The position numbers and the translations under genes are program-made. From positions 1 to 44,834 of IMG/VR virus record IMGVR_UViG_3300005077_001095: 44,834 nt of DNA; one strand, given 5' to 3'. Below are positions 18,019 through 26,904 of the stretch, one piece after another. The stretch's first letter is position 1. Each line of letters opens with the position of its first letter. The DNA comes from a virus. Its lineage: Duplodnaviria; Caudoviricetes. The notes under the pieces were generated by a model. That model was not told the DNA's origin. It did no database searches and saw nothing but the letters and a program-made list of their open reading frames with translations.

Positions 18019-18446
18019 TACTCCTCCTGCAACTTTATTATATTTTTTGCGTTGGTATTATCCGGGAGCCAGTTATCAATGTAGAACTTCCAAGCGTCTT
18101 CTGGCTTTTCCCCACCACGTATCAACCCAAGTATTTCTTCTATCATAAACGGAGGCATCTGCTTAGCAAAATACTCTCTAATCCATTCCTGTCTCAATAA
18201 CTTGGAGGCCACTTCATCAGAGGCCAGGATGATATTTATATTATTATAATTGTTTACCTTAAATGCAAGTTCTAAGTCTTTTATTATTAATGAAATGCTC
18301 TTTGTATAGGGACTACTCCAACAATTATATAAATAAACCTCAGCATCCCCTATTTCTCTAATTATATTATAAAGAGATTCCAAGAGAGAAGATTCATCTA
18401 CCCTCTTTATTTTATTTTTTATATAGTAAAGTTTTTTTAATTCCAT
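18018..18446 (-). CDS. hypothetical protein
   Basis: 142-aa ORF coupled to the next gene. Confidence 0.6.
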   Translation of the reverse strand: MELKKLYYIKNKIKRVDESSLLESLYNIIREIGDAEVYLYNCWSSPYTKSISLIIKDLELAFKVNNYNNINIILASDEVASKLLRQEWIREYFAKQMPPFMIEEILGLIRGGEKPEDAWKFYIDNWLPDNTNAKNIIKLQEE

Positions 18447-18457
18447 GTCTCAATTAT

Positions 18458-18466
18458 GGTATAAGA
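18458..18466 (+). promoter_or_regulatory. GGTATAAGA motif (copy 5)
   Basis: Upstream of a 59-aa ORF. Confidence 0.65.
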
Positions 18467-18495
18467 TATATGTAGAGTGTTAATGGAGGTGCCTT

Positions 18496-18675
18496 ATGGC
18501 AAGAACTTCCGGAGCGCACTCCACTTCCAAACGAACAGGTCGCACGTCAGACCGACACTCCGCAAGAACCGGGAACAAACAACCATGGCGCATTGACGCC
18601 ACGGAAGTTCCTAACACCTTTGGCGGACCCAAGGCTCTTACTGCGATCATATCCAATGCCCCGCTGTTCAAGTGA
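18496..18675 (+). CDS. 59-aa basic protein (not in ORF track)
   Basis: GGAGGT RBS, own promoter motif and terminator; MARTSGAHSTSKRTGRTSDRHSARTGNKQPWRIDATEVPNTFGGPKALTAIISNAPLFK. Confidence 0.7.
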   Translation: MARTSGAHSTSKRTGRTSDRHSARTGNKQPWRIDATEVPNTFGGPKALTAIISNAPLFK

Positions 18676-18719
18676 GGCAGAGGATCCTCCCGCCAACCGA
18701 CCGTTCCCACCTTCGGTTA

Positions 18720-18752
18720 GGAAACCCCGGATGCACTCCGGGGTTTTCTTTT
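18720..18752. terminator. terminator between convergent genes
   Basis: GAAACCCCGGA-TGCAC-TCCGGGGTTTT followed by CTTTT. Confidence 0.75.
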
Positions 18753-18755
18753 ACA

Positions 18756-21700
18756 TTAATAAAATCTTTTTTGTGTAAAATCAACATTCTTGTTAAATTC
18801 GGTGCCATAAAGATACGAAGGCATAGGATCTACCCCATGAAGGTTACTGGCAGCACCTAGAGCAGCACCATCTTTTAGCGTTTCTCTAATCCTATTGACA
18901 GTAAGCTTGCTGAGCCAATCTGGATTATCCATAGCAAGAGTATCAATACTCTTAAAATATGGAGTATATTTAATCTCTTCTTCTCCATCTAACTTGCGTT
19001 GTTTATTGATAGCTACCAACTTACTTAGAGGTGCTATATCCCCACGAATATATTCACTATCTTCTGGAGCTTCGTCAATTTCTGCATTATTTGCAATTCC
19101 ACGAATTACAGTTTCAAAGGTCTTCTTTCCAAGACCTTCCTTTTTAAATACACCTTCTAAGTCATCCACCATTTGAAGACGAGCAGCCTGATATCCTTTA
19201 TACTCCATTAATTCTTGTGGTTTTACTGAGCCAGCACTGATAGAGTCACCTTCTTCTAGCATATCACCTTTTTTTACTACCAGAACTCTGCCATATGGTA
19301 CATGGTGCTTTACACCAGCCACATATACATCAACACCACCAATAGGACTTTTCTCTATTCTGTGTACCACACCTTTTACAGAAGCAAGTGTAGCTTTTCC
19401 AGCAACGATTTCTGGCACCTTCACAATCTGCTCCATCTTAGGAAATCCTGAAAGTACATCCTGTTCCGCTGTAGCAGATCCACCACTGTGGAAAGCCTTC
19501 ATTGTCAACTGGGTTGACCTCTCAGTCATGGCCTGTCCCTCTTTGATACCAACATTAGTACCTATTGCTACTAAATTACCATCTTCGGCTAGTCCATAAC
19601 ATTTTTGACAAATGCCATTAATAGACTCACATGTTAAGGGAGATCTAACTAATAAACTAAGCATCCCTTTACTACGAGCTTTATTTATAATGGTGTTGTC
19701 GATTTCATCATTACGTTTACCAACACCAGGAATATCTCTTGGTAAAAATCTATCTTGAAGATTTCTCTGGTCGCTCAACTCAATTTCTACTCCGTCGTCA
19801 GTACCACAATCGGCCTCAACTATAAGTAGATTTTTTGTTACACCAAGAAGTGACTTATTGATAGCACCAGACTGCTCAGTATTAATAGCTCTATCAACCA
19901 TACCTTTACGAGCTCCATACAAACTCATCCAATAACTACCAAGATCTAGGCCTTCTGCCAGAGATTTAGTAATGGGGGTAGGAATAGCTTTTCCGTGAAC
20001 ATCAATTTTAATACCAGGAGCTGTTAGAATCTGTCTAACTGAGTCATGTTTACTCTCAGCACCTGACTCCAACATATCAAAAAGTCCGCGAGATTTCCCA
20101 GTTTCCTTAACATATTTATTCTGTGCCTCTTCAATCAAAGCTTGAGCCTTTAACCAGTGCTTTACCTTTTGCTCTCGGCTCCACTTAGGATCTTCTACAT
20201 CTTTGAAATGCTTAACGATCTTGTCTCTCCAAGATCTATCAATATCAAAATCGTTAATAGACACAGTACTACCAAACTCATGTCCAAACTGTATAGCCAT
20301 ATCTTTTAAAGCATCTATTACTGGTCCAAAATCATTTGGGTATTCCTTTGCTATTCTGTCCAGTATTTTCTTTAATACCTTTTTATCTACTGTGGTGTTA
20401 AACTCTTCTAACTGCATTCCCTTAGGCAGGGTTTTTAGAACCATCTGCCTACCAAGGCTGGTTCTAACACCTGCCAACATAAATGTATGATTTAGCTCTA
20501 ATTTATTTGCTCTATGTGCAGCATTGGCCTCAGCTAAAGATTTAAAAGACATATTGGTAGCTTGAAGTTCTCTTGTGAGATGCCACAATCCAAGCTGATA
20601 ATCTTTGCTAAATGCCCCGGCTGGGATATTAGACTTACTACCTGCCTGCCAAATATTTCTACTGGGAAGCATAGTAAATGCTTCCTCAACAGCCTTTGGT
20701 CCTACAGGTACATGTACCGACATTGTGTCACCATCAAAGTCAGCATTATAGCCTTTAACAATAAGAGGATTAAGCTTGATAGAACTACCAGTAACAGGTC
20801 TAGCCATATGGGCTTGAATAGAATGTTTGTGCAACGAAGGGGCTCTGTTCATAAGAACAGGTCTATTCTTCATTACTTCTGCAAATGCTATTTTTGCGAC
20901 ATGTGTATTCTGTCTCACTTCTTCTCTAGCCTGTAAGGGCGTAAAACCTTGGTTTACTAGCTCTCTCACAGCGAATGGTAAGAAAACCTTCTTATAGAGT
21001 GTCTCTGGTAAACCAATTTCATCTAAGCCCAAAGCGGGGTCAAGGGTGATAGTACTACGAGCACTAAGGTCCTGACGCTTACCCCATAGTTTATTGTGTG
21101 CATAACCATACTTGGGACTTTGCTTTCCAGCAATGGTAACTAATATACCTTCCTTCTTTTCTTTCTTTCCAGGAGTTGGGTCGTCATCAGTACCTATAGT
21201 ATAGGACATTTCCTTGTATAGATTAAATCTAGCATCACCTCCAAAGCCGGCCTCTAAACCTAGGGTTTTATAATCCTTTAAACCATTATTTACTACCGCG
21301 AGATCACGGTAGTTATAATTAATAGGAGAAGAATTAATGTCTCCACTAGCTAAAGAAAAAGCAGGTCTGTAAGCTGGAGGAATGACAGGAAAATACCTAA
21401 TCATATAAAGCTCATCTGGCCTTTTATTAAATTTATCCAAAGCCTCCAAGTAGCGATATCTTCTATTTAATTTATCTACTTCTGCTCTTGGAGCTTTAGC
21501 TAGTGCAGCCCTAGTAAGCCGCATCTCCTCTTTTACATTAATACTAGCTAAAGCATGCTCAATACCCCTTACACCTGTTTCCCCCGTTTTTGGAATAACA
21601 GCCTTTTCTTTAATAATATTCTCATACAGAGGCTTTGATAACCCCAGCACAGTTAAGATAGGCTTTTCGTACAGTGGGTGTGGCATCTTATCCGCTAGCG

Positions 21701-24700
21701 TAATATGAGACCACTTTTTGCCTTTCATGCCACCAGTAACATCTTTGTCAAAAAGTCCTCCGGCTATTGGGGAAAGATTCTTGCCAATTAGCATTTTTCC
21801 TGCATCGGTAAGCTCCCCATTACTCATTTCCAAAGTTTGATCATCGGTCGTAGGTTCTAAAGACATCATTGTGCCATTTTTGTTTACGTTGACACCAAGT
21901 CCCTTTAGTAACACCAAGAGCTTTTCAAATGCAAAGTTTGCCTGAGGTGGTGGTATTGGTCTGCCTGCTTGTATAGCTGCCCAAATTTCGTCGTTTCTTT
22001 GTGACTTAAGTGCAGCAAACTCACTAAGATTTTCTCTGGCCCCGTGGGCTAACAAACCAAAGGTAGTCAGTGGATCAATCTTTTGTCCGGGCTCAGCACC
22101 ATGTGAAGGCTGCTCCTCTACCGAGTAGGTACCATAAGACCTAGCCTTGGCTTTGTGCTCCACAGTGTGCATTAGTTTCATGATATACTGATTACCAGTA
22201 AATATTGGATTTTTAAATGGTTTTCCATCCTTCCCATCCAATAATACTTCATCAGCCTTAATTCCTAGAGACTTGAGCTCTGATTGTATCTCCTTTAGAT
22301 AATTTTTTCCGCTGAAGTTTTCTACATAAAATTTTTGTCCTTTAGCAGTAGCTATCTTGCCAGCAGCTGTCTCCAAAATTTGTCCTGTATTCATACGTCC
22401 CGGAACGCCATTTGGAGAAAGAATCAGATCAATCCTCTTACCGTCAGTAGTATGTGGCGCTTCCTCATCAGGAATAATTCTAGAGACAATGGACTTATTC
22501 CCATGTCTACCGGCTATCTTGTCTCCAACTACCATTGGATTACTTGTTTTAAGGTGTACTACTATTTTACCTCCAGATAGACGATTAACATAAATAACTT
22601 TGGCCTTCTCTCCACCATGCCAAGTTAAACTACGATTGGCATAAGGCATATACATGCTTTTGTTCATGCTTCGTAGAATTTTCTCTTCATCTGTAAAATC
22701 TTTTGGCTCTAAATACGCTACTATTACATCTTCTGGGTCAATCTCTGCTCCAACCTTAATGATTCCATCAGGATCATAGTTACCAGCTTTGCTATCTGGT
22801 ATGAGGGCTGGGTAATATAGCCTAAATTTTTTGAGGTTTTGGATACCTTCCTTATTTACAATAATAGACTCTGGTATAATTTTTGTAGAGGTGAAATCCT
22901 TGGATAAGCTCTCTGTGATAACACAAGAGTCTTCATAATTAAGCCCCTTCCAAGACATGTAGGCTACATTTACATTTAAACCCACAGATAAACTACCGTC
23001 CTTAGGATCTTGGAAGTTATTAAAAGCTAATAGTTGATTAGCCTTAACTTTTTCACCCACTTTAACTCTTGGGGTTGACTGCAAAAAAGTTTCTCTATTT
23101 AACGGAAATTGGTTAAATAGTCCTATCTTTACAGACTCTTTACTATTGTCTGGTTTTAAATAAATATAATCATCTGTTACTTTGGTAACCGTAGCACTTT
23201 TGATTTCTTCTGGTACCATAGGTGCCAGATATCTACCAATGGCCTGCTCAAAGGATATATTCTCTTTTGAACCATAAATTTTAGACTCTATAAGTGGTGA
23301 TTCTGTTTTATCTAATGGAATAGCCTGCGCACCCATTTTTGCACCGAAAGATGCTCTAACGGCATCGTCACTTTGCATAAAAGGAATTAGATTTGTTGGC
23401 CAGGAAAAAATAGACCAAGTATTTTGTATCCAACCATCTATCTTTTTAGAAGGGACTTCTTGTACCTGTCCTTCTGACATCGCCTTGACAATAGAGGCTT
23501 TAGCTTTTGGTTTTCCATTAACCCACTCCCATTGATCAGGAAAGCCCAAGGTAAGTTTGGAGACTTCAAGTGGAGTTAAAAATCTAGATTCCCCAGTAGG
23601 GGTAATAATGGACTTTTTAATATCATCACCATGCTTTTTAATATCTACGGCCAATGGAAGGGTAACACCCACCTTGCCAGATTCAGGAGTAGCAATGGGA
23701 TCAAGGAACCCTAATTGGCTGGGATGTACGTCTCGAACGCCCATAGTAATAGCATGAGAACTTTGAACACCACCAGTACCCATTACTGTGGTTTTTCTCC
23801 ACTCACTTAGAATACTAATAGGATTAGTTTGTTCTGGTGTGGAACTAAGATCACCAGTAGTATAAAACTTTTTTAATGGTTTGGTATAAGTATCAGAAGA
23901 AATAATGTCCTTAATACTGGATTTGTTATCTGTTCTAGTTGCTAAGTTAACCAATATTTTTGGTTTTTGCTTATCCATATAAGCTGCTAATAGATCCGTA
24001 GGTGTATAAAGATTTTTAAACACCAGACTATCTCTCTCGTCAGGAGACTGCTCTCCGCGTAACACACCAAGAATCTTCTTGCTTGTAGCAAAAAGAGTAT
24101 CTTCATTGACTTTTTCAAAGCCCTCACCAAGGGTGAGCTTTGTTGTAGCTGCGCTTACCTTTGTATTATCAAGATAAGTCTTTAGTGTGGTAATGGCAGA
24201 TTGATAATCTAAAGGACGTTTTCTTGTTATTTTCTCAACCAAGTCGGGTATTTCTATTACTTCTCTGTTAATACCACTAGCTTTATTAGCATTGAATACT
24301 TCTAAGCCCCAAGCCTTTTTCATTTCTTCATCTGGAAATCCCAAGGCATTAAGAATGGTATAAAGTTTAAACTTGCGGTTGGCCAGCAATAAATAAAATA
24401 ACCTAGACTCAGGGTCAAAAATCATCTTAAAGTTATAACCTTTCTCAAGGTCAAACCAAGACTCTAACTCACCGTTTTCCTTTACTCTAGTATAGATACC
24501 AGGCTTAAGTCTCAATTGATTAATTGTTTGGTACTCTGATCCATCGATAATCATGCTATATCTATTTGTTAGTCTTGGTAAACTAAGTATTTTTATTCGC
24601 TTTGATTCATCGATTACCTTTCCAGTTTTGTTATCTCTAAGTCTAAGATGTCCATAGATAGGTAGTACCCATGAACCACCCTTAAGTTTCATATCTTTTT

Positions 24701-24890
24701 GTGCGGGAATATCGTAAGGATCTACCTTATTTTCATCTGCACTAACTTCTACTAACTCTAGGGTATTTGTTTTTCCCTGAATGGGGAACTGCTCAACAAG
24801 ATATTTGGTAATGTAATCAACTAATTCATTATTTTGAACTTCTGGTTCTAAAATATCTTTTAGTATTTCGGCTGGTTTTGTTTGACTCAT
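18756..24890 (-). CDS. rpoBC: fused beta-beta' DNA-directed RNA polymerase
   Basis: Beta motifs RDVHP..TPE, LIPF..DD..RA, GDKIAGRHGNK, PGRMNTGQILE; beta' motifs PVIPP..RP, GKRQDLSARS, NRAPSLH, catalytic NADFDGD, GARKG, TQLTMKAFHSGG; one continuous ORF. Confidence 0.93.
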   Translation of the reverse strand: MSQTKPAEILKDILEPEVQNNELVDYITKYLVEQFPIQGKTNTLELVEVSADENKVDPYDIPAQKDMKLKGGSWVLPIYGHLRLRDNKTGKVIDESKRIKILSLPRLTNRYSMIIDGSEYQTINQLRLKPGIYTRVKENGELESWFDLEKGYNFKMIFDPESRLFYLLLANRKFKLYTILNALGFPDEEMKKAWGLEVFNANKASGINREVIEIPDLVEKITRKRPLDYQSAITTLKTYLDNTKVSAATTKLTLGEGFEKVNEDTLFATSKKILGVLRGEQSPDERDSLVFKNLYTPTDLLAAYMDKQKPKILVNLATRTDNKSSIKDIISSDTYTKPLKKFYTTGDLSSTPEQTNPISILSEWRKTTVMGTGGVQSSHAITMGVRDVHPSQLGFLDPIATPESGKVGVTLPLAVDIKKHGDDIKKSIITPTGESRFLTPLEVSKLTLGFPDQWEWVNGKPKAKASIVKAMSEGQVQEVPSKKIDGWIQNTWSIFSWPTNLIPFMQSDDAVRASFGAKMGAQAIPLDKTESPLIESKIYGSKENISFEQAIGRYLAPMVPEEIKSATVTKVTDDYIYLKPDNSKESVKIGLFNQFPLNRETFLQSTPRVKVGEKVKANQLLAFNNFQDPKDGSLSVGLNVNVAYMSWKGLNYEDSCVITESLSKDFTSTKIIPESIIVNKEGIQNLKKFRLYYPALIPDSKAGNYDPDGIIKVGAEIDPEDVIVAYLEPKDFTDEEKILRSMNKSMYMPYANRSLTWHGGEKAKVIYVNRLSGGKIVVHLKTSNPMVVGDKIAGRHGNKSIVSRIIPDEEAPHTTDGKRIDLILSPNGVPGRMNTGQILETAAGKIATAKGQKFYVENFSGKNYLKEIQSELKSLGIKADEVLLDGKDGKPFKNPIFTGNQYIMKLMHTVEHKAKARSYGTYSVEEQPSHGAEPGQKIDPLTTFGLLAHGARENLSEFAALKSQRNDEIWAAIQAGRPIPPPQANFAFEKLLVLLKGLGVNVNKNGTMMSLEPTTDDQTLEMSNGELTDAGKMLIGKNLSPIAGGLFDKDVTGGMKGKKWSHITLADKMPHPLYEKPILTVLGLSKPLYENIIKEKAVIPKTGETGVRGIEHALASINVKEEMRLTRAALAKAPRAEVDKLNRRYRYLEALDKFNKRPDELYMIRYFPVIPPAYRPAFSLASGDINSSPINYNYRDLAVVNNGLKDYKTLGLEAGFGGDARFNLYKEMSYTIGTDDDPTPGKKEKKEGILVTIAGKQSPKYGYAHNKLWGKRQDLSARSTITLDPALGLDEIGLPETLYKKVFLPFAVRELVNQGFTPLQAREEVRQNTHVAKIAFAEVMKNRPVLMNRAPSLHKHSIQAHMARPVTGSSIKLNPLIVKGYNADFDGDTMSVHVPVGPKAVEEAFTMLPSRNIWQAGSKSNIPAGAFSKDYQLGLWHLTRELQATNMSFKSLAEANAAHRANKLELNHTFMLAGVRTSLGRQMVLKTLPKGMQLEEFNTTVDKKVLKKILDRIAKEYPNDFGPVIDALKDMAIQFGHEFGSTVSINDFDIDRSWRDKIVKHFKDVEDPKWSREQKVKHWLKAQALIEEAQNKYVKETGKSRGLFDMLESGAESKHDSVRQILTAPGIKIDVHGKAIPTPITKSLAEGLDLGSYWMSLYGARKGMVDRAINTEQSGAINKSLLGVTKNLLIVEADCGTDDGVEIELSDQRNLQDRFLPRDIPGVGKRNDEIDNTIINKARSKGMLSLLVRSPLTCESINGICQKCYGLAEDGNLVAIGTNVGIKEGQAMTERSTQLTMKAFHSGGSATAEQDVLSGFPKMEQIVKVPEIVAGKATLASVKGVVHRIEKSPIGGVDVYVAGVKHHVPYGRVLVVKKGDMLEEGDSISAGSVKPQELMEYKGYQAARLQMVDDLEGVFKKEGLGKKTFETVIRGIANNAEIDEAPEDSEYIRGDIAPLSKLVAINKQRKLDGEEEIKYTPYFKSIDTLAMDNPDWLSKLTVNRIRETLKDGAALGAASNLHGVDPMPSYLYGTEFNKNVDFTQKRFY

Positions 24891-24905
24891 TTTGTAAAAT
24901 TTCCT

Positions 24906-24914
24906 GGTATAAGA
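24906..24914 (+). promoter_or_regulatory. GGTATAAGA motif (copy 6)
   Basis: Intergenic, divergent from the RNAP start. Confidence 0.6.
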
Positions 24915-24955
24915 TTTTTGGTGATGTTCATTTATATACTAGAATCCGCAGTTGA

Positions 24956-24984
24956 AGTATAATATTTTTTAAGTGATAAGTCAA
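24956..24984 (-). promoter_or_regulatory. sigma70-type promoter for the RNAP gene
   Basis: TTGACT-17 nt-TATACT on the - strand. Confidence 0.65.
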
Positions 24985-24989
24985 GTCAC

Positions 24990-25018
24990 TTGACTTAATC
25001 GACTTCAATTGCTATTAT
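24990..25018 (+). promoter_or_regulatory. sigma70-type promoter for the rightward operon
   Basis: TTGACT-17 nt-TATTAT with extended TGn. Confidence 0.65.
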
Positions 25019-25056
25019 TAAGGAACAACTTTTTATTATGTATAGGAAAAAATTGT

Positions 25057-25185
25057 ATGGCAGCCAGTACCGGATCTAGAACCAGTATTAGAGTAACCAA
25101 AAGTAGTAGAACTAGTACTTCGTCCTCAAAATCATTGACAAGAGCCATAACACCGTCCCAAACACTCAGAGGAAAATGCAAATGA
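25057..25185 (+). CDS. possible 42-aa Ser/Thr/Arg-rich peptide
   Basis: AGGA RBS; stop overlaps ATG 25182 of the next gene. Confidence 0.35.
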   Translation: MAASTGSRTSIRVTKSSRTSTSSSKSLTRAITPSQTLRGKCK

Positions 25186-25739
25186 AGAAAAAGGTTTGCC
25201 CAATCTGTAAGTCCGTAGAGCTTACAGAACAAGAACACAAGCATCCTCTCGGAAGGTGCTATTGGTGTGTGAAAGAATATCATGAAAAGGCCGCTCGTAC
25301 ATTAGGCCAAGCAATGGCTCCACCAAATCCTTCGGATTTTGGTAGAACAGAAGCAGAGGTAGCGCTTGGAAGACCCAAGCCTGCCGACCCATCGGACCCA
25401 ACGGCGTCTTATAGACGTCCCACAGGAGGCATTGATCCAGTGGCAGAGTCGGTGCCATTCTCTGCTGAATCTCGCGAGATCTTAAAGCAGAATTTTTTAT
25501 ACGATCCCGAAAATCCACCAGTAGTTACCGAGGTGATTGCTCGTGGAAACTATGGCACACAATTGGAACTCAGGATGCCGGTAGGCATTGCCAAGGAATG
25601 GCAGGATGTCATTCAGGGCCAGCTGGAAGAAATGCTGAAACACGTAATACGACTACTTACCTTTGGCACTCTCCACGACTCAATCAAGGAGGGTATGACA
25701 CAGGGTGGTCAGCCTTTTGGACAACACGGTAGAGAATAA
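25176..25739 (+). CDS. hypothetical protein with N-terminal zinc finger
   Basis: CPIC and CYWC motifs; GAGG RBS. Confidence 0.65.
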   Translation: MQMKKKVCPICKSVELTEQEHKHPLGRCYWCVKEYHEKAARTLGQAMAPPNPSDFGRTEAEVALGRPKPADPSDPTASYRRPTGGIDPVAESVPFSAESREILKQNFLYDPENPPVVTEVIARGNYGTQLELRMPVGIAKEWQDVIQGQLEEMLKHVIRLLTFGTLHDSIKEGMTQGGQPFGQHGRE

Positions 25740-26904
25740 AGGATACCAAGTGAATACGCTACCTGAAAAATTCCAGGCCATTGAAGAGGAACTCAGGGCC
25801 AGTTTTGCCGAAAGAGATGATGTAATTAGGGGTGGAATTCTTGCCCTACTATCTGGAAAGCATATCCTGCTTTTGGGCCCTCCAGGAACCGGTAAGTCCC
25901 TGTTGGCCAGAAAGCTTTGTGCTGCTGTCAGTGGCGCAAAATTCTTTGAGAAACTCCTAACAAGAGTGACTGGTGCAGAAGAATTATTCGGGCCAATCTC
26001 CATGGCCAATCTAAAACAAGATCGATTCATGCGAAAGACAGATGGGTATCTACCCGATGCTCATATTGCTTTCTTGGATGAGGTCTATAAGGGCAGTAGT
26101 GCCATCCTAAACTCTCTGCTGACCCTAGCAAACGAAGGCTTGTTCCATAACGATGGGATTCCTGTCAAAACTCCTTTGATGACAATCATTGGTGCCTCCA
26201 ACGAGGTTCCCGAAGAGGGTGATGGTTTGGAAGCCTTTGACGACCGGTTGCAACTACGGTTTATGGTTCAAAAGATCGACGACAGAGATACCATGCTGCG
26301 TATGCTTAAGTCAGACTTCTCTGGCCCTCCAAAAAACCAAGTAACCTTGGCTGAATTGGAGCAAGCAAAGAAGCAGGTATCTGAAATCGAAATTCCCGAC
26401 GACGTTTATAAGATGTATTTGGACCTATGGAATATCTTCCGTAGCAAGGGATTCGATATCACAGACCGTGTGTTCAAACAAGCCATCGATGTAATCAAGG
26501 CCTCCGCCTGGCTACGGGGCGTTAAAGTAGCCACCGAGGATGATTTCGAAGAGCTTCGTCATATGTTCTGGAAATCTCCGGAAAAACGGCGCGACGTGCA
26601 CCTGGAAATTTTGAGTGCCACCAATCCCGAGAAAGCACGTGTAACCGACATCTACCATGAAATCGAGAACCTGGTCAAGGAAGCCAATACCACGGCAGCC
26701 AACAAAAAGCCAGGCCAACAAGATAATGCTATAGAAGTAATGGGTAAGATTAAGGACAAGAAGGCCGAAGTAGAAAGAATCATGGCCTCGATGCGGAAGC
26801 AGAAAAAGGACATGAAGGAAGTCACAAACATGTACAACAAGATCAAGATTCACCTCCAAGACGTAGCGTCAAATCTGGTTGGACTGAGCATTAAGGTGGA
26901 CTAA
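25705..26904 (+). CDS. ravA: MoxR/RavA-family AAA+ ATPase
   Basis: GPPGTGKS, FLDEVYK..SAILNSLL, GASNE, DRLQLR; start may be GTG 25750. Confidence 0.85.
   Translation: MVSLLDNTVENKGYQVNTLPEKFQAIEEELRASFAERDDVIRGGILALLSGKHILLLGPPGTGKSLLARKLCAAVSGAKFFEKLLTRVTGAEELFGPISMANLKQDRFMRKTDGYLPDAHIAFLDEVYKGSSAILNSLLTLANEGLFHNDGIPVKTPLMTIIGASNEVPEEGDGLEAFDDRLQLRFMVQKIDDRDTMLRMLKSDFSGPPKNQVTLAELEQAKKQVSEIEIPDDVYKMYLDLWNIFRSKGFDITDRVFKQAIDVIKASAWLRGVKVATEDDFEELRHMFWKSPEKRRDVHLEILSATNPEKARVTDIYHEIENLVKEANTTAANKKPGQQDNAIEVMGKIKDKKAEVERIMASMRKQKKDMKEVTNMYNKIKIHLQDVASNLVGLSIKVD

Noticed and set aside
23883-23891. GGTATAAGT near-match to the promoter motif
   Set aside because: One mismatch and located inside the RNAP coding region.
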